DNA of 64,000 bases, taken from NCBI GenBank assembly GCA_049318005.1, contig JBMOHE010000001.1, forward strand, positions 51,440 to 115,439, written 5' to 3'. Every line of letters starts with the position of its first letter. Positions within the stretch are counted from its first letter, which is position 1. The notes under the pieces were generated by a model. The model was not told where the DNA came from. It saw nothing but the letters and a program-made list of their open reading frames with translations, and searched no databases. This document shows positions 1 through 9,611 of this stretch, piece by piece. The DNA is from Patescibacteria group bacterium (GTDB lineage Bacteria > Patescibacteriota > Patescibacteriia > Patescibacteriales > UBA12465). Made by a program: the position numbers and the translations under genes.

Positions 1-538
1 TTAAAAATCCGGAAATGGTAAAAACTACTCCTCCCATTTTATTTGTTTTATTCCAAACATATTCAGACGACAATGTCCAAGGAGTGCGAATCCCCATAAA
101 CCAATTCATTTTTACTTTTTTAAGGAGTATGCCAATAATCATAAACATAAATCCAACCATAACCGGAATATAAAAACCAATATTAAGTTCATATCCCAAA
201 CCGTTTAACCCAGTCAGAATATACAAAACAAACAAGAAGCCGAGAATCAGATCCCTAAACTTAGGATAAACAGAATCAATTTCCATATATGCTTCCTTCT
301 TAGGGTCCAGATATGGAATAACTAAAAACAAAATATACATCGCCGTCATCATTATTGGCAGCAAGAAAGCGGCTATAAACGGGCCGCTATAGGCATCTAC
401 TTCTCCGTTTATGTTCCAGTGCGAAGGGACTTGGGCGGGAAAATTTTTATAAAAAATTACTCCCAAAAAAAGACTAATTACAATTAAACTAATTGAAAAT
501 ATTTCCTTCTTATAGTCAAACTTGCGCAGATTAAACAT
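1..538 (-). CDS. SdpI/DUF1648-like polytopic membrane protein (C-terminus runs off the window)
   Basis: Absent from the ORF track because it is open to the window edge. My translation from the ATG at 538 is MFNLRKFDYKKEIFSISLIVISLFLGVIFYKNFPAQVPSHWNINGEVDAYSGPFIAAFLLPIMM..., followed by further hydrophobic helices. The P-x-x-V-P-x-H-W-N-x-x-G-E start resembles DUF1648/SdpI-family proteins. Confidence 0.5.
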   Translation of the reverse strand, partial: MFNLRKFDYKKEIFSISLIVISLFLGVIFYKNFPAQVPSHWNINGEVDAYSGPFIAAFLLPIMMTAMYILFLVIPYLDPKKEAYMEIDSVYPKFRDLILGFLFVLYILTGLNGLGYELNIGFYIPVMVGFMFMIIGILLKKVKMNWFMGIRTPWTLSSEYVWNKTNKMGGVVFTISGFL

Positions 539-542
539 ATTC

Positions 543-1025
543 TTAATTTAAGTACCAAATTAAATAATTCAAAACTGAGGCAAAAGTTATCCAGGCAAGA
601 TAAGGAATTAATAAATAAGCCGAGGCTTTTTTAACTTGATAAAAATAATATATATTAACCACCACCATAGACATTAAAGAAATAATTGCCCAAAAAGCTA
701 AAGGCGGTTCTTTTACAAAAAAGAAAAGAAACGACCAGTAAATATTAAGAAAGAGTTGCGCCCCAAAACTCCAGCAAGCTGCCTTAAATTGCTTGCTTTC
801 TCGACCGTCTCTAAGAACTAAAAATAAGGCGACTCCCATTAAAATAAAAAGGATTGTCCAAACAGGTCCAAATAACCAATTGGGCGGATTAAAGCTAGGT
901 TTATTTAGGGCCATATACCAAGTATCAATACTTGGGGTTGTTAAGAGCGATCCCAAAAAGCCAACTATAAGCGGAATGGCTACGGAAAAAATCAACAAAC
1001 CAAAGTTTTTTAATTTTGTGTTCAT
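543..1025 (-). CDS. tspO: TspO/MBR family tryptophan-rich sensory protein
   Basis: 160 aa with five hydrophobic helices and the family signature WYMALNKPSFNPPNWLFGPVWTILFILMG. Confidence 0.85.
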   Translation of the reverse strand: MNTKLKNFGLLIFSVAIPLIVGFLGSLLTTPSIDTWYMALNKPSFNPPNWLFGPVWTILFILMGVALFLVLRDGRESKQFKAACWSFGAQLFLNIYWSFLFFFVKEPPLAFWAIISLMSMVVVNIYYFYQVKKASAYLLIPYLAWITFASVLNYLIWYLN

Positions 1026-1173
1026 ACTAATAATGATTATTTTTTATATATACTTTAATATTAACACAAATTAAAGAATATGTTAAAAAACACCCCTAGT
1101 TCAATTTGAACCAAGAGTGTTTTTGCTTTAGGGCTTAATATGTAGAATGGCTTTCGTCCTTTATTTTAACCAA

Positions 1174-1605
1174 TTATTTTATAGAGCCATTTTTTCCAAA
1201 ACCCATTCCCTGACCAGCGCCTTTTTCGATTCCTAGCTCTGTCATTATTGAATCAGCCTGCTTTCTTAAATTATGAGCCTCAACTAACTTCGGAAAATTA
1301 TCTTTAGTTATTTTAGTTAACATTGGATTATTAACACCAACGGCCACAACCCAAGCGTTGTAATCTCCATTAGTTATAGCAGCCTCAACCGCTTGCTGCC
1401 TCTTTAATCTATCCGCCTGATTAACTAATTTACTATCACCTGGTTTATGGTTAAGACCATTTAAATTTTGCGTGGGATTACCAGTATTTAAACCTCTATT
1501 TACTTTAGAAAGATTGGCTGCGCTTGAAACATTAGTTAATCCAATTACAGCAGCCGCTGCAATCATAATCGCGAGGCCAGATATAAATAATTTTTTGTTT
1601 TTCAT
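1174..1605 (-). CDS. small secreted protein, paralog of 53233..53640
   Basis: Signal/TM N-terminus. The core GDYNAWVVAVG..KDNFPKLVEAHNLRKQADSIMTELGI aligns with ..KDYNAWKNLMTG..KDNFAKFAEAHNLAEQGKTVEAQKIRQELGL of the island copy. Gly-rich tail. Last gene of an ECF sigma module. Confidence 0.6.
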   Translation of the reverse strand: MKNKKLFISGLAIMIAAAAVIGLTNVSSAANLSKVNRGLNTGNPTQNLNGLNHKPGDSKLVNQADRLKRQQAVEAAITNGDYNAWVVAVGVNNPMLTKITKDNFPKLVEAHNLRKQADSIMTELGIEKGAGQGMGFGKNGSIK

Positions 1606-1696
1606 AAAATTTAAGTTAATTTATTAATCGGACGCGATATCTTTCGTCCTTCACTTTAATAATACGCAAACAAAAATAATTTCTTTATTATATATT

Positions 1697-2500
1697 TTAG
1701 GGGTTCATAATCAATACCGGCGGTAAATTATTAACTTTCATTTTCTGTTTCATGGGAGACATCATTCCATTAAGACGATTAAAAAAATTGCGGCCGGCAT
1801 TCATAGGCAAAATTTTAACAGCGCTAAATTCATGATCATCAGTCTCCTCGCCCAATAAGCGAATTGGTTGGCTGATAATAATTATTTCTTTAGTGAAAGG
1901 CTGAGATTTTTCTGTATTAACAAGCCACTCTTCTCCGCCCCTATCAATTAAAATGAATTTACCTCCGTCATCAATTCCTATAACCACTCCAGATAAACGC
2001 CCCTCACTCGGCTTAGACCAAAAATCAACATGACGATTTATTACTTGATCGTAGAAAGGAGCTTGGCTACCTAAAATATTATCTAATTTTTCGCCCAGAC
2101 CTGCAAAGAAAAAAATTGTGCCTAAAATTATACTTAATATTACAGAGGCTCCAATAACATAGAAGGTTGTATAACGATAACCGCTCTTAGTATGTTTTAA
2201 ATTATAAGAAATTATTAAAACAAAAATTCCTAAAAATACAAACCAAAAATAAGGCAAAGTTAAAATAAAAAATTCCAGAAAGCTCTTTTTAGTTTGCTCA
2301 TATATCTCCCAATCATTAAATTTAAATAAATAAATCATTACTGAAATAGCCGCCGAGCCAATTATTAGAGACAATATACCGGCCAACCAGACTGTATAAT
2401 CCTTAAGCAAAAACTGCCAACGCGGTTTTGGACATATTTTACATTCTTTAATTTTTGCTAGTAATTTACTTTCAAAACCAGCATTCTTCTCATCTAACAT
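1697..2500 (-). CDS. polytopic membrane protein, putative anti-sigma partner of the upstream ECF sigma
   Basis: The start lies 4 nt after the sigma gene stop. A short cytoplasmic N-terminus (KIKECKICPKPRWQFLL) is followed by TM helices, the same layout as 52158..52619. Functional call is by position only. Confidence 0.45.
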   Translation of the reverse strand: MLDEKNAGFESKLLAKIKECKICPKPRWQFLLKDYTVWLAGILSLIIGSAAISVMIYLFKFNDWEIYEQTKKSFLEFFILTLPYFWFVFLGIFVLIISYNLKHTKSGYRYTTFYVIGASVILSIILGTIFFFAGLGEKLDNILGSQAPFYDQVINRHVDFWSKPSEGRLSGVVIGIDDGGKFILIDRGGEEWLVNTEKSQPFTKEIIIISQPIRLLGEETDDHEFSAVKILPMNAGRNFFNRLNGMMSPMKQKMKVNNLPPVLIMNP

Positions 2501-2503
2501 ATA

Positions 2504-3100
2504 TTAAAATTTAAAATTTTGATTCTCAAGCTCTAACTTAAATTCTTGCTTTGCCTTATTCATTAAAGAAGCAACTGTCCCCAATGGTTTTTTTAAAATA
2601 TCAGATATCTCCTGATAACTTTTCTCTTCTAAAAATTTCAAAACTAAAACATCTCGATATTTTGAATCAATCTTATTTAGAATTAAACTAATTGTTTTTT
2701 GTAAAATTTTAGCATCAACATTTCCTTTAATATCAATTTCAGCTGCCAAACTATTAGCTAGCTGGTCATCAATAGTTACTGAATACCCCTCCGGCCTAGC
2801 TTTTAACTTTCGATGACTACTAATTACTTGATTATGAGTAATACGATAAATCCAGGAGGAAAACTTTAAATCTTTATTAAAATCATTAAGATTCAAATAA
2901 ACCTTAATGAATATTTCCTGCAAAAGGTCTTCAACGTCCTCGTTATTAACATTAGTTAGTCTTTTAATATAACTAGACAATTTCCCTTTATACCTATCGA
3001 CTATATATACAAAGTTATTTTGATTAGCCAAAGTTAACCCCACGAGCTCGAGGTCGCTAAGATTAGAAATATCATTATTTGCTTGCTCTAAAATATTCAT
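2504..3100 (-). CDS. RNA polymerase sigma-70 factor, ECF subfamily
   Basis: Region 2 motif FSSWIYRITHNQVISSHRK and region 4 HTH SYQEISDILKKPLGTVASLMNKAKQEF. Confidence 0.85.
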   Translation of the reverse strand: MNILEQANNDISNLSDLELVGLTLANQNNFVYIVDRYKGKLSSYIKRLTNVNNEDVEDLLQEIFIKVYLNLNDFNKDLKFSSWIYRITHNQVISSHRKLKARPEGYSVTIDDQLANSLAAEIDIKGNVDAKILQKTISLILNKIDSKYRDVLVLKFLEEKSYQEISDILKKPLGTVASLMNKAKQEFKLELENQNFKF

Positions 3101-3241
3101 GCTTTTAAGTATAACACTTTAGTCAGCTTACTTAATAGTACGCTAAATTTAATATTTTCTTTTAAAAACCCTTGTCTAATTAATATATTATTGTTATTAT
3201 ATTACTTTGTTTCTAATAATCTAAAAATTATCTCAAGTAAT

Positions 3242-3805
3242 ATGAAAAAAATTATCTCATTATATGGTTTAGCAGCAGCTGGCAAAACCACTCAAGCGGA
3301 TTTATTATGCGAAAAATACGGTTTCCGCCAATTTGGTATGGGTGAAACTTTAAGAGCTGAGATTGAATCCGGCTCCGAACTTGGGCAAGAAATTAAAAAA
3401 AGTGTTGATGCTGGCGTTCTAATTCCAGATGATTTAATGAAACAGGTTTTAAAGAAAATAGACGCTGGGATCAAAGAAACTGGCTTAGTATTTGATGGCT
3501 TCCCTCGCATGATTCCTCAAGCAAAAATGCTTGATCAAATCATGAGCGAAACTGCTGTAGAATTTGATTTGTTTATTCTTTTGAATATTAGTTACGAAGA
3601 GGCTCAAAAAAGAATCAGTGACAGAGCAGAGGTTGGCGGACGAGCTGACGATAAAGATCCCAAAGTTGTGAATAGCCGCCTAGATGTTTTCCGCAAAGAA
3701 TCAAGTGAATTAATTGCATACTACAAAGAAAAAGGAAAATTTGTTGAAATTGACGGTACTTTAAGTATACCCGAAGTATTTGCCGAAATTGAAAAACATT
3801 TATAA
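3242..3805 (+). CDS. adk: adenylate kinase
   Basis: Track ORF 3191..3805; I prefer the internal ATG at 3242 (MKKIISLYGLAAAGKTTQ). P-loop, LIPDDL, FDGFPRMIPQAKMLD and GRADD motifs are present. Short form without a Zn lid. Confidence 0.85.
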   Translation: MKKIISLYGLAAAGKTTQADLLCEKYGFRQFGMGETLRAEIESGSELGQEIKKSVDAGVLIPDDLMKQVLKKIDAGIKETGLVFDGFPRMIPQAKMLDQIMSETAVEFDLFILLNISYEEAQKRISDRAEVGGRADDKDPKVVNSRLDVFRKESSELIAYYKEKGKFVEIDGTLSIPEVFAEIEKHL

Positions 3806-3829
3806 ATTTTAAAAACAAAGCCAAATAAA

Positions 3830-3856
3830 AAATACGGGGTGACCCGTATTTTTTAA
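3830..3856. terminator. bidirectional rho-independent terminator between convergent adk and 3874..4890
   Basis: AAAAAATACGGG-GTGA-CCCGTATTTTTTAAA: a perfect 7-bp stem flanked by A and T runs. Confidence 0.7.
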
Positions 3857-3873
3857 ATATTTTTTACTAACTA

Positions 3874-4890
3874 TTATTGAATTGGATTAAGATTTTCACC
3901 ATCATTAATCATAATTTCTCCAGCACCCTCTCCTGATTTTTCTACTGAATCACTTGAACTAGAGATTGTAGTTGTTGATGTGCTTGCTAACTGTAGTGAT
4001 GAGCAAACCTTTAAAGCATCTCTATACACTTTCCAGGATTCATCTCTTGATACCTCAAAAATTTTATTATTGTCCTGGTTTGCCTTCTGGTAAGTATCAA
4101 CACATACCTTATTAGCATCAAACTGTTCTTTGCCAGTTAATTTATCAAGTGATAATTTTTGGCAAGAATTTCTTGAATCAAGTGAACTTAAAACAGTCTG
4201 AGAACGAAGCGTCATAGCTGCTTTAACGGCGGCATCCTTCTTATCTATAGAATCTTTAACACACTGAACAGCAACTGGTTGAACAAGAATTGGTCTAGGA
4301 TTATTTTCCGGTTTTTTCATTTCGCCCTGTTTATTTTCTTGTCTTTTAATTCCCCAAAGAGCGGTACCAATTTTCTGAATTTTTTCAAAAAACTTTATTT
4401 CACTAGGACTAGAAATTTTTTCTAATTCTTGCTTAGCGGCTTCAATTTTTACTTCCGCCGCCTTTTTGCCAGTTTCTATCTGTTTTTCAGCAGCCTTCTT
4501 TACGCCCCAAAGAGCAGCGCCAATTTTTTGGATTTTATCAAAATTCTTTATTTCTCCTGGATTAGAAATTTTTTCTAATTTCTGTTTAGCGGCTTCAATT
4601 TTTAATTCCAAGGCTTTTTTCTCAGCCTCTAATTGCTTTTTAGCATCCTCTTTTTTCATCTCATTAGCCTTTTTATTTGCTTCTGGACTTGTACTGGCAA
4701 TCCCTCTTTGCCATTCTTTTGGAATTGGCTTAACTGCTGGGTTTGATGCGTCAGGAACTGAATATAAAGTTGGCACCGGTTTATCAGAAATTGGCTCTAT
4801 AGCTTGAATCGTTGTTTCTTCTGCCAAAATTACGCCTCCTGATGCGAAAATTAGAGAAAAAACTAGAACTGATAATAATTTTTTGTTCAT
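3874..4890 (-). CDS. secreted coiled-coil protein with internal tandem repeat
   Basis: Signal peptide. The unit KIEAAKQxLEKISxPxEIKxFxKIQKIGxALWGxK occurs twice. Cys-containing C-terminal domain. No family recognised. Confidence 0.5.
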   Translation of the reverse strand: MNKKLLSVLVFSLIFASGGVILAEETTIQAIEPISDKPVPTLYSVPDASNPAVKPIPKEWQRGIASTSPEANKKANEMKKEDAKKQLEAEKKALELKIEAAKQKLEKISNPGEIKNFDKIQKIGAALWGVKKAAEKQIETGKKAAEVKIEAAKQELEKISSPSEIKFFEKIQKIGTALWGIKRQENKQGEMKKPENNPRPILVQPVAVQCVKDSIDKKDAAVKAAMTLRSQTVLSSLDSRNSCQKLSLDKLTGKEQFDANKVCVDTYQKANQDNNKIFEVSRDESWKVYRDALKVCSSLQLASTSTTTISSSSDSVEKSGEGAGEIMINDGENLNPIQ

Positions 4891-5007
4891 AATTTTAATT
4901 ATTTAATTTATTAGTTATTTAATTATAGCACTTATTGTCCTATGGGTAAAATAAAAAACTCGCTCAAATTAATGAAACGAGTTTTACAAATTAACAATTT
5001 TTAAATT

Positions 5008-6108
5008 TTATTTTGCCTGATAACCGTAGAAAGTTGCAATCTTTTTAGTGATAGCTAATATTATTTCAGTCCTATCTAAAACTACATATTCCTGACAACG
5101 ATCTTCCGGCCTAGGTCCTTTGTCAGAAAAAAATATGTACAGTTCTTTGGCCTCCCGAATACTTCCAACCAATAATAACCATTTCATAAAAATTTTCATT
5201 TTCAATTCATAATTATTTGGAGCATACACATACACTTCTTTAACTAAGTCAACTGTACTAGCAAAACCAAGACATTTTTCCGAGGCCTTAATCCTAATTA
5301 AGGAATCTTCGGGTGTCGCTGCTTGCGCCGCCATTGCTTGATCAAAATTTTGAGCGGTATCTATTTCGTCGAATGAAAAACCTATCCACCGAGAATACAT
5401 ATTCTCCATAAATGCTTCATGAAAAAGTCTATACGGAGCTCTTTTATCAAATATCATTCGATATAGTTTTTGAACTTCTCTGGCGTTAATACAAAGCTCT
5501 TGCCATTTAACTAATGCCTTCACAAGAACTTTTGGAGAAAGGTCATAAAAAATCTTTTCCATTTCCTCGTAACTTCTAACGGTGCTTATTGCATGATAGG
5601 AACTAGAATACCACTTATCGTTAACTTCCTGGATAATTTCTGATTTCTCCGGGCACTCTTCAATAAGCTTTCGGAAGTCGCCTGGAACCAGTGATAACTC
5701 TGATTTACGTTTTAAATAGGCTTTACGTGCTTTAGAGTTAGCATTTATTAATACCGAATTTTCAAGTTCATTAATTTCTTTAAGCTTTACACATAAAGAA
5801 ATTTCCTTAAGCATTGCCTCTTCTTTAGACAGTGAGCCAGAGGGGCAAAGTATCCTAACTATCTGGACCTCTTCAAGCGTCTCCGCTTCATCGAGATTTG
5901 ATAGATAAAGTTCATTTATTTTTTTCCAAGCCGCTACTTTTGCTTCGCTGTTTTTTGGAGCCATCGTGTGATCATGGTAGGCCGAAGCAATTGTTGTAGC
6001 GTTACAAGCAAGACTCAAAGGGATGCCAAGGATTAATTTGATATCATAATCATGAATACCCAACATTTGCGCCATCTCTTTAATGCCAAAATCTTTTGTT
6101 TTTTCCAT
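5008..6108 (-). CDS. hypothetical protein (helical, no recognised domain)
   Basis: 366-aa uninterrupted ORF with typical local codon composition. No motif recognised. Confidence 0.5.
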   Translation of the reverse strand: MEKTKDFGIKEMAQMLGIHDYDIKLILGIPLSLACNATTIASAYHDHTMAPKNSEAKVAAWKKINELYLSNLDEAETLEEVQIVRILCPSGSLSKEEAMLKEISLCVKLKEINELENSVLINANSKARKAYLKRKSELSLVPGDFRKLIEECPEKSEIIQEVNDKWYSSSYHAISTVRSYEEMEKIFYDLSPKVLVKALVKWQELCINAREVQKLYRMIFDKRAPYRLFHEAFMENMYSRWIGFSFDEIDTAQNFDQAMAAQAATPEDSLIRIKASEKCLGFASTVDLVKEVYVYAPNNYELKMKIFMKWLLLVGSIREAKELYIFFSDKGPRPEDRCQEYVVLDRTEIILAITKKIATFYGYQAK

Positions 6109-6194
6109 CTTCTATTTGTTTTTCTAATTAATACTAATTGTTAAAGTAATATGAAAATATAACACTCATAACCCGCTTGTGTCAACAAACAATA

Positions 6195-6223
6195 TTGACA
6201 AATATGTAATAATATTATATAAT
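6195..6223 (+). promoter_or_regulatory. consensus sigma-70 promoter for 6270..6806
   Basis: TTGACA (6195-6200), 17-nt spacer, TATAAT (6218-6223), 46 nt upstream of the ATG. Confidence 0.6.
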
Positions 6224-6269
6224 AATATATCTCTTAGAACCTTAATAATAACCACAAAAACATAAAGTC

Positions 6270-6806
6270 ATGAAAAAACTTCGTGCTTTCAGGCACAGCC
6301 TAAAAGAAGGCAATTTCATTAGCGAAAATGGTTATATACTTATAAACGCTAATAAAGAAAAATTTCCAAAAACAAATCTCATTTTTACAAGTAGCTATAC
6401 CAGAACTGTCCAAACCGCTTGCGCCATTCTTGAAATTATCAAAATGCCCAAACACAAGTTAATGATTATTGAAAGTCTGGGCTGCGAGAATGTAGAAGAC
6501 AGGATTTGTAGAAATAAAATATTTCTTGAACTCTACCGTGAGAATCCAGATGAAGAAATCTATCAATTACTCAAAAAATCATTTTCTGAAAATGAAATTT
6601 CCGAAATGGAGAAAGATTGCTTTTTAAGTATTTGGTCTTGCTTCGCCAGAATGAAAGACGACGAAACGGCAATAGCGATTGGCCACAGTTTTTTCATTTC
6701 TATGGCCGCTAACCATGTTATTGGCCAAAGAAAATATGGCAATATGGAGGAACTGGATTACATAGATTTTGAAAAAGAAGACGAAGAAATAACTGTGAAA
6801 TTTTAA
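6270..6806 (+). CDS. histidine phosphatase (phosphoglycerate mutase-like) superfamily protein
   Basis: N-terminal FRHS (RHG-like), IFTSSYTRTVQTA and AIGHSFFIS motifs in the order expected for branch-1 histidine phosphatases. Confidence 0.5.
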   Translation: MKKLRAFRHSLKEGNFISENGYILINANKEKFPKTNLIFTSSYTRTVQTACAILEIIKMPKHKLMIIESLGCENVEDRICRNKIFLELYRENPDEEIYQLLKKSFSENEISEMEKDCFLSIWSCFARMKDDETAIAIGHSFFISMAANHVIGQRKYGNMEELDYIDFEKEDEEITVKF

Positions 6807-6824
6807 AATAAATTTCAACAAAAA

Positions 6825-6851
6825 AGGAATAATTACTTATTCCTTTTTTTA
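6825..6851 (+). terminator. rho-independent terminator
   Basis: AGGAATAA-TTAC-TTATTCCT followed by TTTTTTT. Confidence 0.7.
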
Positions 6852-6859
6852 TTTTTTTG

Positions 6860-6930
6860 CACGGGATGAGGGAATCGAACCCCCGCCAGCGGTTTTGGAG
6901 ACCGTTATACTACCACTATACGAATCCCGC
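6860..6930 (-). tRNA. trnW: tRNA-Trp (anticodon CCA)
   Basis: Minus-strand read: GCGGGATTCGTATAGTGGTAGTATAACGGTCTCCAAAACCGCTGGCGGGGGTTCGATTCCCTCATCCCGTG. Anticodon loop CT-CCA-AA, T-loop GGTTCGATTCC. CCA is not encoded. Confidence 0.85.
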
Positions 6931-6981
6931 AATCATTAGTATTCTAATATTAATCAACAAAAATTGCAAGAATAAGGTAAT

Positions 6982-7009
6982 AAAAAACCGCATTTTAAAA
7001 ATGCGGTTT
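6982..7009. terminator. palindromic terminator downstream of 7019..7615
   Basis: AAAAAACCGCATTTT/AAAATGCGGTTT is a perfect palindrome. Confidence 0.65.
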
Positions 7010-7018
7010 AGCGGCTTA

Positions 7019-7615
7019 TTAAGCCACGATTCCTTTTAAGCGATCAACTTCTGCTTTAAGACGCTTCTTCAGTTCCATATTACTATCTCGTACTAACGTA
7101 TCATTAAAACGATCTAACTCAAACAGAACTTCATGCAAAATTTTCATATGATAAACATAATAGAAATTAGAAAACAATATTTTTAAATCTTTAGAGTTTT
7201 TTGCATCATTATTAACAAAATCTATAAAATATAGATTTGACCAATAAATATATTGTTTATTTTCTAATGCTTTTTCAAAAAACTTAACCAACTCTTTATT
7301 ATTAAGCTCTAAAAATTTATGTACCTCTAAGATATAAGGGAAATGCTCCTCTTTAAAATTTTCAGTTATAAAAGCAGAAATAACATTTAAGGACGCTGGG
7401 CTAAGTTTGGTGAACAAAAACGGAGGAATCTTTCTAAATGTTTCCAAAAAATTGAAAAATTTCTTTTCTAAAATCGCATCCATTAAATCGAGCCGAACGA
7501 TTAACATTTTGCTTTTATATCTTTGTAAAAAATATAGAGCAGTCATAACACATAACAGAAATACGGTACTAGCTATTACGATAAGCCACAACACATCCGG
7601 AGTAATTGTTTCCAT
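7019..7615 (-). CDS. hypothetical N-terminally membrane-anchored protein
   Basis: 198 aa with one N-terminal TM helix (VLWLIVIASTVFLLCVMTALYFL). The rest is helical. No family recognised. Confidence 0.5.
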   Translation of the reverse strand: METITPDVLWLIVIASTVFLLCVMTALYFLQRYKSKMLIVRLDLMDAILEKKFFNFLETFRKIPPFLFTKLSPASLNVISAFITENFKEEHFPYILEVHKFLELNNKELVKFFEKALENKQYIYWSNLYFIDFVNNDAKNSKDLKILFSNFYYVYHMKILHEVLFELDRFNDTLVRDSNMELKKRLKAEVDRLKGIVA

Positions 7616-7726
7616 GATTCAAAGTTTATTATTTTTAAATTATTAAATTACACATATATTATTCTTGAAAAAATATTCATCAAGAATAAAAAATATTATC
7701 ACCTAGTTTAATTAATGTCAAACCAA

Positions 7727-7749
7727 ACAAAAAACTACCCTAAGGCAGT
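7727..7749 (-). terminator. rho-independent terminator of the rubrerythrin-desulforedoxin operon
   Basis: Minus strand: ACTGCC-TTAG-GGTAGT followed by TTTTTTG. One G.U pair forms only on the minus strand. Confidence 0.55.
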
Positions 7750-7776
7750 TTTTTTTATTTTAAGCTCGGTATAAAT

Positions 7777-7911
7777 TTATTCCTCGCTTCCTTCTTGTTT
7801 TTTTGTCATGTTTTCACCGCAACATACAATTTGAGCGCCGCTATCTTTCTTAAACTCTACTTCGTTTCCGCAAACTGCACAAACATAAACTTGACCAACT
7901 CTGCTAGACAT
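7777..7911 (-). CDS. desulforedoxin-type small Fe(Cys)4 protein (44 aa, below the ORF-track cutoff)
   Basis: My translation is MSSRVGQVYVCAVCGNEVEFKKDSGAQIVCCGENMTKKQEGSEE. The pattern G-x-V-Y-x-C-x-x-C-G-N ... CCGE-x-M matches desulforedoxin. It lies immediately downstream of rubrerythrin. Confidence 0.7.
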   Translation of the reverse strand: MSSRVGQVYVCAVCGNEVEFKKDSGAQIVCCGENMTKKQEGSEE

Positions 7912-7939
7912 ATATTTTTAGATTAATTTTTATTAATAA

Positions 7940-8467
7940 TTAGTAATTTTCAGCTAAGATTTCGAAATATGCTTGAGGGTGATTACAAGCTGGGCATAGA
8001 CCAGGCGCCTCAATGCCCTCGTGAATATGACCACAATTAGCACATTTCCAGCGTTTAATCTCTGTTTTCTTAAACACTTCTCCCTTCTCAATATTGGCAA
8101 GCAATTTTCTATAACGAGTCTCATGAGCTTTTTCAACTTCAGCCACCTCTTTGAATAGACGGGCAATCTCCTCATGACCTTCCTCTAGTGCTTCTTTTTC
8201 CATAGTCGGATACATAGTAGTATTCTCATAGTTTTCGCCACTAGCAGCGGAAACTAAATTTTCTTTTGTTTCAGCAATTAAGCCTAACTGTTTTGTCCAA
8301 AGTTTAGCATGCTCTTTTTCATTGTTAGCAGTTTCTTCAAACAAGCTAGCTATCTGTTCATATCCAGCCTTGCGAGCAACAGAAGCAAAATACGTATATT
8401 TATTTCTAGCCATTGATTCGCCGGCAAAAGCCGCCTCTAAATTTTTTTGTGTTTTTGGTCCTATCAT
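7940..8467 (-). CDS. rbr: rubrerythrin
   Basis: Ferritin-like di-iron domain (EKEHAKLW, EVEKAHETRY) plus a C-terminal rubredoxin-like CANCGH...CPACNHP. Confidence 0.9.
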   Translation of the reverse strand: MIGPKTQKNLEAAFAGESMARNKYTYFASVARKAGYEQIASLFEETANNEKEHAKLWTKQLGLIAETKENLVSAASGENYENTTMYPTMEKEALEEGHEEIARLFKEVAEVEKAHETRYRKLLANIEKGEVFKKTEIKRWKCANCGHIHEGIEAPGLCPACNHPQAYFEILAENY

Positions 8468-8477
8468 ATATTTTTAA

Positions 8478-9605
8478 TTATTTTTTATTTTGAAAAAGTT
8501 TTTTAGGAGTATTTTCTTTTATATCTTGTTTTATTTCTTCACAATCACAACCATCTAAACTGCTGCAAAACTCTAGCTCATAAATATGATAAACGGTAAC
8601 AGCAAGAGCCACGATTAACGGACCAATAATTACTCCCCAAAATCCCATGAAAGCAATTCCTCCCAAAATAGAAAAGAAAACAAAAATTGGATTAATTTCG
8701 GCCTCATCCTTAATCATATAGGCGCGAATGAAATTATCAATCAAGCCGATAACCACAAAGCCCCAAACTAGAACAAACACCCCTCGCCAGATTTCGCCAG
8801 TCATTAAATAATATATACCGACAGGAACGTAAAATAACATTGAACCTAGGTAAGGCAAAAGAGAAAGGACGGAAACTAAAACGAAGGCTAGAAAAACTGG
8901 AAAACCAACAACCGCAAACCCGATTGCACCAGCAATACCCTGGGCCAAGGCGGCTACAAAGGTTGAAACTAAGGTCGTATAACTTACCACTTTAAATTTA
9001 CGAAAAATTTCTTCATCATACTTATTTGGCAGTGGCGAAAGATACATTAATCGTTGCAACATTTTCTTACCATCTATGAAGAAAAAGAACATCGTCAAAA
9101 TTATTAAGAACAACGAAAAGAAAAAATTAGTTGTTTCGGTTATTGCTGAGCTTGCTACGGATATAATCCAACCACTTGAAGCTTTAAAGGCGGATAAGAT
9201 TGTATTTTGGAATTCAGTATTTTGAAAATTATATGTATTTAAATTTAAATAACTAAGTGGTGCTTTTTTAAAAATATCATTTTTAAAAACATCGTTTAAA
9301 TCATGGTTACTAAAAAAGACGACAGTTTCGTCATAAGTTTCTACTGACCTCTCTGCTCCGTAAATCATTAATTTAACCGAAGGTAAAATCACAACCAAAA
9401 CAAGTAATAAACATAACAAAAGAGCGGCCAAATGTTTTTGGCCTCTCAAAAATTTACTTAAGTCAGTGAATGGACGATAAAAAATGGTGGCCAGTATCGC
9501 AGCCATTAATATTTCCGTCAAAAAGGGCCTAAACACCAAGTAACAACCGATAGTAACCAGAAAGATAAGTATCAGTAGAAAGGGCTTGGTTAAATTTTTA
9601 GGCAT
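8478..9605 (-). CDS. AI-2E family transporter (PerM/UPF0118)
   Basis: 375 aa with about 8 TM helices and the typical N-terminal LVFRPFLTEILMAAILATIFYRPF. Confidence 0.8.
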   Translation of the reverse strand: MPKNLTKPFLLILIFLVTIGCYLVFRPFLTEILMAAILATIFYRPFTDLSKFLRGQKHLAALLLCLLLVLVVILPSVKLMIYGAERSVETYDETVVFFSNHDLNDVFKNDIFKKAPLSYLNLNTYNFQNTEFQNTILSAFKASSGWIISVASSAITETTNFFFSLFLIILTMFFFFIDGKKMLQRLMYLSPLPNKYDEEIFRKFKVVSYTTLVSTFVAALAQGIAGAIGFAVVGFPVFLAFVLVSVLSLLPYLGSMLFYVPVGIYYLMTGEIWRGVFVLVWGFVVIGLIDNFIRAYMIKDEAEINPIFVFFSILGGIAFMGFWGVIIGPLIVALAVTVYHIYELEFCSSLDGCDCEEIKQDIKENTPKKLFQNKK

Positions 9606-9611
9606 AAAAGC

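Noticed and set aside
1141-1660. The ~19-nt direct repeat CTTTCGTCCTT(T/C)A(T/C)TTTAA flanks the small secreted-protein gene on both sides (about 1152-1170 and 1642-1660). A related CCTTTCGCC lies upstream of the island paralog. I considered these as ECF promoter elements.
   Set aside because: Read on the coding strand, the spacing between the GGAC/TGAA-like and CGTC-like parts (about 10-13 nt) is too short for an ECF -35/-10 pair, and one copy lies downstream of the gene. The evidence is insufficient to call a regulatory site.
6857-7039. 60-aa ORF MHGMRESNPRQRFWRP...
   Set aside because: It is the plus-strand reading of the tRNA-Trp gene (6860-6930, minus strand) and the adjacent terminator palindrome.
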